Source: Phoronis australis (lineage: Eukaryota > Animalia > Phoronida). Taken from it: DNA of 64,000 nucleotides. Where the stretch lies: contig NMRA01000055.1 in NCBI GenBank assembly GCA_002633005.1, positions 576,360-640,359 on the forward strand. The letters run 5' to 3'. The position numbers and the translations under genes were made by a program. Positions 12,001-21,442 of this stretch are shown one piece after another. The stretch's first letter is position 1. Every line of letters starts with the position of its first letter. The notes under the pieces are model-generated. The model saw only the letters and a list, made by a program, of their open reading frames with translations, searched no databases and was not told the origin of the DNA.

Positions 12001-12966
12001 AGAAGTTAGGTATTGTCTAAAACATCAGTCAAGCTCCCAGGCATATTTTATGCTTCCAAAATGGCATTAAAGACTTCTTGCTAAACGTCAGTTGTGAAAC
12101 TGGTTACAATAATTCGTCGAGACAAATTCAACGCGTCAGTTTCTTGAGCCTTCGAGTCTCAATAGAAACAATCACGCCATGACATGAAACTTTTGACCCT
12201 TGGCGGAATCAATAACAAGCAGTCAGTTATTGCTGAGATCAGAGGTCAGAGGTCACTTCCAAACTGACTCAGGAATAAGATGAAGCCGTTTTAAAACAGT
12301 AAGAGACCTAACTGAAAAGTGGGTTTTTGACAGAAAGCGTGACAAGAAATGTTGCTTTAAATACATCAGTTAAAGTGACTACAAATCCATCTTCCGTCAC
12401 AAAAAATTTTTTTTTTGATTTCTATGACCACTTACAGTGAAAATGAACTCAAAAAATTTTCTTTAATTAAACTGGTAGTTTGTTGATCGCTAGAAACAAG
12501 GCTCATTAACTTGGTGTGTCATGATGTGTCATTTTACGAACCAAGCCTGGTCTCAAGGAATATTGAACTGTCAATTATTTGCAAACCCAAAAATCACTTC
12601 TCCAGTAAGGGACAAGGTGAGACCAAGTTTATGATGCTAAGTGACCTAAATCAAAAGTTCAAATCTTGAAGCAGTTATAACATGTGTTATAACAGACTGC
12701 TTCCATTTGCCAGATGCCAACTAATCCTACAGTAAACAACTTACAACTTGACACAGAACGTTGTGTAAGTCGGTCAGAAATACACGCAGGGGGTCCAAAT
12801 CCCTTAATGACTGCTGGATGACATAAGCTTCTGATACGCTGGACCATTTCACAACTTTTTCAAGCCAGCCAGAGACAACGTCCTCCGTGATACTGTTAGT
12901 TTTCAGAACTTCACCGTAGACTAGCGCACTCTGGTGACTGTCAAAACACTGACCGATGGTACGTTG
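2748..12966 (-). CDS. FANCC: Fanconi anemia group C protein (gene span, 10 coding exons, about 554 codons; initiation codon not identified)
   Basis: Exons 12966-12745, 11668-11486, 10620-10513, 9794-9542, 8462-8308, 7055-6912, 6418-6343, 4989-4847, 4396-4331, 3062-2748. All junctions are GT-AG and phase-compatible. Peptides GWLEKVVKW, RIPSLGHLLGQLC, AMWNMYLPSFERE, PKACAENMNLWRV, FPAWCHLIQF and LCFYHKP align by eye, in order, to human FANCC FWMQKLSVW, RFPTIGQLLAKAC, CLWLRHLPSLEKA, PQAACHPAIFRV, FESWFLFIHF and LAFYYGP. Confidence 0.85.
3435..4045 (+). repeat. Interspersed repeat, copy 1 (copy 2 at about 59612-60268)
   Basis: Colinear shared blocks ACTAAATTATTT, GCCATGAAATATTGCG-CACCTATTGGCCA, AATACCAGCAAACC, ATTCCCAGATT-TGCATGCACCCC, TACCTAGCT. 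Confidence 0.75.
4331..4396 (-). CDS. FANCC: FANCC exon
   Basis: cttttcag| VSELDFFVLCFYHKPRSRKECE |gtgaaa, 66 nt. Confidence 0.7.
4847..4989 (-). CDS. FANCC: FANCC exon
   Basis: ttcggcag| ICIVIDKIGHVLSQVEDGQYFPAWCHLIQF...EKLK |gtaagc. Confidence 0.8.
5476..5568. repeat. 44-bp tandem duplication
   Basis: TAGCAAGGA(T/C)AATGAGCACCCCT..CCATAAATGG(A/G)CCAGTCTC x2. Confidence 0.85.
6343..6418 (-). CDS. FANCC: FANCC exon
   Basis: gccttcag| ACFSVIQLYRWEHRQLVSLLGCKGP G|gtagga, 76 nt. Confidence 0.7.
6912..7055 (-). CDS. FANCC: FANCC exon
   Basis: ccttccag| PKACAENMNLWRVAAQIL...EVGRQ |gtgagc, 144 nt. Confidence 0.8.
7533..7632. repeat. About 100-bp palindromic mini-element (other copies at 20785-20877 and about 54822-54918)
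   Basis: TAGTC...TTTGAGAACCAGTTT...AAACTGGTTCTCAAA...GACTA fold-back. Confidence 0.7.
8308..8462 (-). CDS. FANCC: FANCC exon
   Basis: gttttcag| CSFALSYRARVAMWNMYLPSFERE...TRLL |gtaagt. Confidence 0.85.
8540..9155 (+). repeat. Interspersed repeat with internal CCACTAGG / CAAATTTCATGAAAATCC subrepeats (Helentron/HINE-like architecture); relative at about 29520-29905
   Basis: Four (G)YCACTAGG blocks alternate with GCCAAATTTCATGAAAATCC-like blocks; 3' short hairpin CCCATATGTGGG. Boundaries approximate. Confidence 0.45.
9542..9794 (-). CDS. FANCC: FANCC exon
   Basis: ctctag| VVESVRTYL...CLPLVEEMLVY...QMEG G|gtagag, 253 nt, ends in phase 1. Confidence 0.8.
10513..10620 (-). CDS. FANCC: FANCC exon
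   Basis: ttcattacag| SQFRRTVSCVGYG...KCIQL |gtgagt, 108 nt. Confidence 0.75.
11486..11668 (-). CDS. FANCC: FANCC exon
   Basis: tttctag| ADVDFLLKRIPSLGHLLGQLC...KQWAL |gtaaga, 183 nt. Confidence 0.85.
12745..12966 (-). CDS. FANCC: FANCC exon (first recognisable coding exon)
   Basis: ttatctag| ... |gtaagt; 74 codons QRTIGQ...GWLEKVVKWSSVSEAYVIQQSLRDLDPLRVFLTDLHNVLCQV; contains no in-frame ATG. Confidence 0.8.
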
Positions 12967-13208
12967 CTAGATAATAAAAATAGTAATTGAAGTGACATAG
13001 TAATTTAATTATTTAACTTGAAATAAAATGAAAACTGCCTCAAGGTTGATATCAGTTTGAGGCCGTAACTGAAGCGCACAAGATGGCAAACAAGTGAAGT
13101 GAATTTAGCACAAAAGAAAATTTATTTAAAACTGCNCCAATTAAAGACAAGTATAAGTGGTGGCATTTTGGAAACGAACATTTGACTGACAAGACCGCAA
13201 TGGCTCAC

Positions 13209-14288
13209 CTTTGGCCTATTTAAAAATTATTGCGAGCGCGGTAAAAGTTGGAGCGTGCGCAGTACAAAAATTTTGATTTCACGATTTAGGGAACTGAAAT
13301 AGGGACTGCTCGAAGAAAAAGTTTCATAACGGAAGTATTTGTTCGAGTTGGAAGAACTTAAACACATCGACAACCTCCTAAGGTGTTCGTCTATGCGCAA
13401 AAGGTAGTTATAACAACGTGACTTTGATGGTTTATTCGGTGCGAGGCATAATTCGCCGAAAAGCTTCCGGCGTACAGAGCGCCTATAGCCTCTACATCGC
13501 CTCTGGTTCGGGCCAACAGAGGCGATGGTCATTGCCTAGGGCTAGGTTCACACAAGCCTGACACAAGGACCAAATAATCAAAGAAAAACAAGTTGCCAGC
13601 CAAGACACAGTTCCTTAATCGGAAATTATCGGCAATTTAAATTAAACGAAGTTTTAATACAATCAATACCATTGTTCACATTCTTCCTCAACAAGGCGTA
13701 ACATAAGAACAGTCGTGAACGACTTCAAAACTCCCACCAACAATAAGGAGGCTGACATGTTTTAGTATATGACATCAAAAATGTTTTCGTATAATTGTTT
13801 TAAATTCAGTTGCCTTTTAGAGAAGATAAATATAACCACCTGTATTCTGAAAAACAACAACATAGTTTATTTTAGTTTATCTGGGCCTCATAAAAAGACG
13901 ATAATACTTTGTTTAAAACAATTTAATTATTCTACTCCTGAGCTCAAAAGTACGGCATGATTTGTGCAAATGTACTGTCAATGTTTTGATGTTGATGAAA
14001 ATAGTTCGGTGTATTTTTCATTTATTTTTGCCTGATATTCACTTTTCATATTTTTTATGCAAAGTTATAACATGTGTTTGGTCTGATGGTGGTTAATAAC
14101 AACTAGTATTCTAAATTCTAAAGACCACTTTTCGAACTAATTTGCAAAAAGGTCACGTTTCATCAGTAAATCGGTCAATGTTTTTATTTGCGTATGGCTG
14201 AGGAAAGTGTGCTGTGACTGTCTGAGCGAAAAGATGCCATAGATTTGTAGTTTTCTGGTCTTGCTCTTTGTCTACGGTGTTAGAAATC
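13209..14288. promoter_or_regulatory. Putative bidirectional promoter and 5' UTR region between divergent FANCC and RNF11
   Basis: Head-to-head gene starts. Locally CpG-richer at 13230-13540. ETS-like CGGAAGT at 13329, CDE/CHR-like GGTGGGAG-T-TTTGAA on the - strand at 13724-13738, and a strong - strand donor AAG|GTGAGC at 13209. Confidence 0.55.
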
Positions 14289-14405
14289 ATGGGGAATTGC
14301 CTTAGAAGTCCCACTACAGACGACATATCTCTTTTACGAGGCAACGAGAATCCAGTTGAAGGAAATCAAGATACGTCCGTGTTGGGACCCCCTCCACCAT
14401 ATCAG
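14289..14405 (+). CDS. RNF11: RNF11 exon 1
   Basis: ATG...PPPPYQ |gtttgc, 117 nt. Confidence 0.95.
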
Positions 14406-17400
14406 GTTTGCATTTTCATTCGTCATCCATTGTTTAATCGTCGAGTTTTGTGTCATTGCTTTCCATTTTGGGGCCAACAAATAACTTAATAATTTAAGAT
14501 TTCAAATTATTAAGATATCTTTGTTGTCTATCTGTAAAGGCCGTGAAACAAACAAAGGAAATCTTCTTATTTTGTTGTGTCTTTGTTGTCTAGACTCGAC
14601 TGAACAGCTGACCAATGCTTTACCAGGAAGTCTGTGGCTTCATTGTCTACCTTTGTCATAGAAGTAACTCTTGGGTGCTTGTGCTTTGACCCTGGCTTTT
14701 CCATGATTGCTTAGTGTACCAGCTATATGGCTTCAGATCAGTTCCTTGACCACTGAGCCAAGAAACTGAAAGTAAAAATTCATTTATTATTCTTAATGGC
14801 CATAGGTCAGCCTATTTAGAACAGGGGTTAGCCTACTTATAGAAAATATACATTCACAATAAGTCTCGTTTTAAGAGAAGAGTATTCTCAAAAGTTTCCA
14901 TAAATTTAGATTTCTGTCTTTTATAATTTTTAAGGACTATAGGTATTACTGGTTTCAAAATTACCAATGCCGTTGTCAACTTCCTTTATCATACATGTGT
15001 TTCAACTGTGAGCAGTTTCATTAATGTGATATCTGTTTTTCAGAGTACTGTGTTTTGAAAATATCTAATGGGTTTAGCTCAATTTGGCATGTATTTCATA
15101 AATCATGTTCATAGCATTTAGATCATACTATTGTGAGTAGACTGGGTAGAATCTTAAAGCGGCTACCACCTAAAAAGCAAGCGTGTGATTTAGACCACTT
15201 AACGCTATAACTGTAGAGAATATTGAGGACTCTGGTCTCCAGGACTTGAACCCAGGTTGTATGTGTGAGAGCCGAGCATCTAAACCGTTCAGCCACGATC
15301 CGCTTGCCGCTTGGCAAGTTGCAGCTTAGATGGGCATTATCTGGCTGTACGTCACCCTCGAAAGTCACGTGTCATAACAATAACGTTGGTCTCAACTCCT
15401 TTAGAACTCACATGATGTATGATTTCTGGGTTATTTGTTGAAACTATGCTTGGCTCATAAAATGATACCCGGTGGCAAGCCAGCTTGGAGGGTCCAATTT
15501 CAAGCACTAGCAAACAGCCAGTTCTTTTGAAACGCTGAATCCATCTGTAACTTGACTGTGGGACAATTTGCAACAAATTTCATAACTTGTGTTGTCTTTG
15601 GAAATCAAAAGTTTGTACAGCTGCTTTAGTTGAAGTTGCGGCACGCTTGATTTGTTATGTTTAAATCTTGCATTTTGAAACAATAGACTTAAGTGACAAA
15701 TCAGTCTATAGGTCTCTACATTTGGTTTTGCAAAGTTCTTCTTACGTCTGCTCATGCTGTGGCCTCCACAACCGACTAGACCACCCAATTCTGACATAGT
15801 GAATTCAACTAAAAAATACATTGTATTATTGACATAGTTTTTGAAAGGTTTGGGCCGTTATCACTTTTCTGGGCCCAGTCAGACTACTCAAGAGCAATTT
15901 ATCTCACCTAAGCATTTCAATTTTTATATCTCCATTGCAACTCGTCATATGCAGTGTTCAGTAGACTCATTCATTGACACCAGAATGATGAATGACAAAC
16001 TAAACTACTGTAATGTATGTTATCACAGCACTGTTATACAACTGTCCACTGCTAGTGCCGTACTACAGACAGTTATCTCACTAATTTGGAACTAAGATAA
16101 TCGCCAAAATTGACCATTTTTCAAAGGTTTCTAACGAATACCTTCAATTTCTCCGAATCATCGTATGATCATGGTAGCTATGGTATAAATCTTTAATAGT
16201 CATGTAGCATACTTATATAAGAATGAAAATTTTGCCTGTCAGCCATATTGTGTCCACTGGCAAATTTTTATTGTAGTCCATGTAAATCCCACAAGAGGGG
16301 GGGTCTACTAATGGTTTTTTGCAAAAGGGCTTTCTTTATCTTACTGATTTTCTTCAGAAGTAGCTATTCACATAAAGTGTTGCTGTCACAGTTTGTGATA
16401 TTTTAAAGGGTAGTGAACCCTGTTTTGTTGATTTTATGCAAAATTGATTCTGGTAGCCTGTATACTACTACTAGTAGTATATTTAAGTATTTCCGGGGGA
16501 AAAAGGAAGCATTGTTTGGCTAACTTCCGTCCTCCCTGTGTAACAAAATGGATTCGAGGGTTTGAAATGCACAGTCTTTTCCAAAGTCTTCTGTTAACAA
16601 GCTTGAAGAACTTTGTTAGTCACGTTTGTCCATTTAGGTGATGTTTTAAGGAGTTGTCGAACTTGAATCAAACTTTGACGATTGGCAAAGGTTCATAGAT
16701 TATTTTGTTGCAGAGATTTTAGTGTTAAGTTGGCGTTAGCATTCATTGATAGTCAAAAACCAGGTTGTCAGTACCTTTTCAACATACCGCACAAGGAATT
16801 CAATAAATTTCAAAATTGAGTTTTCTACTTGCTTCTGCTGCTGTTTCCCAAACTGAAGAGTCAATTATGTAATATTTGTTAATATTTGTTAATATTTGTA
16901 GTTTAAACTTTGGGAATAGTGTGTGTGTTTAGTAATGCAAGGTGACTTGTATTGGTCACAATGACCTGCATGAACAACGAGTAATTTATCAGTTTTGATT
17001 ATTCCTTGAAAAACCCAGCTCTTCTTAGAAATGTGTCATTAAAAAGAAACTTGGCTGAGTCTAAGAAAATGCAACGATTCTCACATGTTTTGCTGCAATT
17101 TTAGACTCAAAAGTTTTTAGTATCTGCTCTAATAATTTTAAAGTCTTGCACATATTCGAAAAATGACTGAAATGAAATTCTCAGAATGTCAAATATTTGA
17201 AGAAAGTAATTGAAAATTTTTAATGCAACACATGCAGCTATTGTTGACAGTGACATCTGTGGACAACTTGGATGAAAATCTGTTGTCCATGAACTTGGAA
17301 TACTGCTTGATCTCAAGATCATGTATGTGTAAACTTGGAATACACGAGGAAACTTGCAAGTTCACTCAAATAATTACATTCATGTTGATAAAAAATTTGC

Positions 17401-20400
17401 ACTGCACTAAGTCAAATTACATATAAATAAAATAATGTAAATTTAAACCAAATTTTTTTCAACTATTGGCGATCATATTCACCAAACAATACTTGATTCA
17501 CATATTCTGACTCTCAGACACAAGTTATGGTAAAGGGGAAAATAGGGTAATCGTGAGGCCAATAATTACAAAAACTCATTCTACTGAACAAAAAAATCAC
17601 CTGATTGCCGTAATGAATATTCAATTCTAAGTTCATGCATATGCGATCTTGAGATTAAGCAAGATTCCATTTTCGCGCATAGCAACTCTACCTGTTTACT
17701 GTTAAGTTTAAACTTGCATTCAGTTTTGATCCAAAACGGAATTTAGAACTATAGATTTCCTCTGCAGCCAATGAATGAAATCTGAACAAAAACACTTAAG
17801 TTCATAAATTAGTCTCGTATTTCTTTCCGTGATAAGACCTTTTCTTAACACTGAAACCACCAATATCTCAAAAAACCCTCTTGAACGATTTTTAGAGGTT
17901 GACCAACTCTGAAATTTGCGAATTTGAAGATAGCGTATGTAACCACTGTTTGTGACTTGGGTTGTCGGCTTATTCGGCAACAATTCCGTATCAATGAAGC
18001 ATGGCCGTGCTTTAAACCCCAAAGCACGTTGTTGAAGAATTCAACATCAGAAGCTAAACAATGGTGTAACGCCTCTTTAAGTGATCCCACTGACTGACAC
18101 TCGTCAAACTGCCAAAGGGTCAACGACAACGTCAAGGGAAACACGGCAGACAGTATTAGTCTTGTGGGGAATGCAACTGTTTCACATCAATTTTGCTTTC
18201 GCTTTCGTGTCTCGTTACATTAACATTCAACTTACACATTTTCCAATGTGGTGTTTGCAACTCTCTTTTGATTCTCCTTAGTGTTTTTAACCTGGTTACG
18301 CTTCCGAGACATACTTGGCAGTTTGTATAGCAGTATTTACATGTTAAAATTTTTTTCGCTATTTTTCCGCTTACATTTAAACGATAATGTGTGATTACTT
18401 ACATGACGATTTTCTCCGCTACTTCTTCGGTATTTTAATACGCATCCTCTTTTAGCAAGTGAGGTCGTTCCATTGCTCTTGTTTTTCTGGAGATTACAAT
18501 CTCTCTCTGGCTACATACTTGTTTTGTGCTACAGGGCAATTGGTACACGAAGCGATGTCGTAAAGTGCACTTTTTAGTGATCATTTAAGTTGGGATTGTA
18601 CTCAGTATGTTGAACTGATGATTGAAATAGTGATCGGAATGGTGATTAGATCGTCCATGTATGCAGGCCCAGTAGCTCTGTCTAGTTTGTTTTATCGGCC
18701 AGCTGGAAGTATAGTCCTTGGACTTTGTTAGCTGATCTAATCCCTATCAGTGTGTTTGTAGGAGGGTTATTGATTATTTGCTTAATATTATATTGTTGCA
18801 AAGGTATGTTTGCAACAGAAGACTGTCAAGTCAGTCGAGGCCATTCAAGTTGTTTCTTGGCTGTCAACTGTTATCTCCTTTAGTATCAGTAAATCAAATG
18901 CATGTTTAGTATTTAGTTGTGTTTTGTATGTTGTGATAAGTGTGGTCACAAACAGTTAATAGCAGATTAGTAAAAAGTCAAACATAAAATTGTATACAAT
19001 ATCTGCTTTCTGAAAATATACATGTACTTTTACTGATTGAAAATCTATAATTTTGTAGTTATTTAATTAAATGTGCACTCTTGTCATAACCTTTTTTTCT
19101 TTTTTCTCATCTTTAGCACACCTCCAGATAACGCTTTCGCATTACATCTAGGTTCTCATTCACTCCCTTGTACAAAATCATTACTAAGACCGAGGAGTAG
19201 GAGACACTTTTGTGCAATGCTGAATTGTCTGCCGGTAGAGCCTGTACTTGAACCCGGGTCTCCTAAACGGGAGTCCGGAGCTGAAACCACTGAGCCAAAC
19301 TGTCTCCTTAAGTTGTAACTTCACTGTTCTGCTATGCTGTGTTCTTTATTTACAAAGCTACATACTGGAAACCCACATGTACATGTAGGTGTACATAGGT
19401 CAAAAATTTAATTTGTTTTTTATTGACCAATCTGTTGTGTTTATACTGGATTGTTATCAGCTGCATTCATAATGCGTGGTGATGCTGTCTTCTTCAGGAG
19501 ANATGCGACCTGGGATTTTGGCTAGGTCGCAAAATGCGACCTGGCGATTTTAATAGCGTCGAGCCCTGGTTTTTTATTGACCAATCTGTTGTGTTTATAC
19601 TGGATTGTTATCAGCTGCATTCATAATGTGTGGTGATGCTGTCTTCTTCAGGAGAGTGCGCCGGTGTATCACCCGGCACCCAACGTTAGTCGTCCGGCCT
19701 CTCAACTGTCAGAGGACGAGCAGGTGAAGATTGCTCAACGTATAGGTCTCATACAGCATCTCCCCCTTGGCATCTACGATGGAGAGACGAAGAAAACTAG
19801 AGAGTAGGTGGTCTATGTGTAACGGTGTTTCTGATCAGTGGCAAAACGTTGAACTTAGCTGTGTTGTAACTGAGGTGTTGTTGAATGTTAACTTCTGCCT
19901 ACGTCTCACATCTGATGTGAACGGACATTTATCAAGCATTGTACTTTTGCGACATTTGTGAATAATACGTGTGACCAACATGTTGTAATATGACACTGCT
20001 GCAAGATGTTGATAACAGGATTTCACAAATAGCCAATTCAACTGAACGAATTTCATGTAATTCATTTCCTACTGGTTCCTGTCTGTCCAACAAAATTTAA
20101 GAGTCGCCTACACTGTAGATTTGTGTTAGCTATTCGGAACTATATAGCAGAAATTTAACAGATCCTCACAGTATGTCATAGTGTAATGACCTACCTCAGG
20201 ATATCTTCAGAAAGATGGCCATCATTAATCTAAACTTTATGCATTATCAAAATATCTTGGCCTGGGAACCGCTTGTTGTGGCTGTGAGTTTATTGCCCCA
20301 CACGGTGCTCTCTTCCCATTTCTTCAGTCTATTGTTAGTTCTAAAAGATTGGGAATCAAGTGACCTTATGAATAGACTGCTTAATGGGAACATTAAATAT

Positions 20401-21442
20401 GATATCCAAATGCTCTGAATAAAGCACCAAAGGAAACGCTTAAATTTTCTTAAGTTCAAGATGAAGATAAAGTAGTCTATGTGTCGCAGGGTTCAAAATA
20501 TCATGTCAGGCACTTATCAATATGTTCTGGTTTGTGTGCACATCCTTTTTAACCCTGTGTAGTATTTAAAGCTGCTTATTTTGCCCTGTTAAAACGTTTG
20601 AAAATGGAATTAGGCCTTTTACTGTCATAAAATTGATCTCGTAATATTCCTTACTGTTTCAGGATTCCATTTTCGTGACCAGTCTGGTCACAGTCGATGC
20701 GTTCATTCGTCATTTTCAAATTTGCAATTTTACAGATGGCCAAGTTCTCAATAAACTATGTCTGAAACAGTTTTTTTTTGGTAATAGTCACTTACAGGGG
20801 TCCCGCATTTTGAGAACCAGTTTTCTCCAAGTAATAGGCACCAAACTGGTTCTCATAATTTGGGACCCCTGTGGCTATTGCTGCGTTTTTGAGTTGCTGA
20901 TGCTTTTGATGCTTTTTTTAGCACTCCTTTTGCAGTAAGGAATATTATGAGACCGATATAATGAGAGTAAAATACCTAAATTAATTTTTGTTTTTACGCA
21001 GCTAAACTGGGCAAAGTGCAGAAAAACCTAACATTTTGACCATTTCTTTAAAAAGTCTTACAAATGGCATCTTTGTGTGTTTTTACAAATAAGCACCCAG
21101 CTGGTACTGCCCGACGTTGGCGTTTCATTTTTTACGCATTTCAAGGGTTGTGCGTTTTTGAACGATATGATGATAAATTTAGGGGTCATTTTTAGTTGAC
21201 GGTGCATTGCTCTAAAACAGTTGTCATCATGTCTATGACTGTCTGGAATATTTTTAATTTTGTATTTCAGGTGTGTCATATGTATGGTTGACTTTGTAGT
21301 AGGCGATAGTCTTCGTTTCCTGCCTTGTATGCATACCTACCACAAGGACTGCATTGATGATTGGTTGATGAGATCATTCACCTGTCCCTCCTGTATGGAA
21401 CCGGTCGATTCGGCTCTTCTAGTCTCCTACGAGACCTACTGA
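14289..21442 (+). CDS. RNF11: RING finger protein 11 (RING-H2 E3 ligase with PPxY motif), gene span, 3 exons, 146 aa
   Basis: Exons 14289-14405, 19652-19803, 21271-21442. MGNCLRSPTTDDISLL (acylation-type N-terminus), PPPPY, EQVKIAQRIGLIQHLP and CVICMVDFVVGDSLRFLPCMHTYHKDCIDDWLMRSFTCPSC are near-identical to human RNF11. Confidence 0.97.
15124..15303 (-). mobile_element. tRNA-derived SINE
   Basis: - strand A-box TGGCTGAACGG and B-box GGTTCAAGTCC at tRNA-like spacing; no complete cloverleaf evident. Confidence 0.55.
19090..19300 (-). mobile_element. tRNA-derived SINE
   Basis: - strand A-box TGGCTCAGTGG, B-box GGTTCAAGTAC, then body and A-rich tail. Confidence 0.6.
19652..19803 (+). CDS. RNF11: RNF11 exon 2
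   Basis: ttcttcag| ESAPVYHPAPNVSRPASQLSEDEQVKIAQRIGLIQHLP...KTR GA|gtaggt. Confidence 0.95.
21271..21442 (+). CDS. RNF11: RNF11 exon 3 (RING-H2)
   Basis: tatttcag|G CVIC...SYETY*. Confidence 0.97.

Noticed and set aside
15124-19300. tRNA genes at the A/B-box pairs near 15240-15300 and 19235-19300
   Set aside because: No convincing acceptor stem or cloverleaf, and followed by unrelated body sequence; treated as SINE heads.
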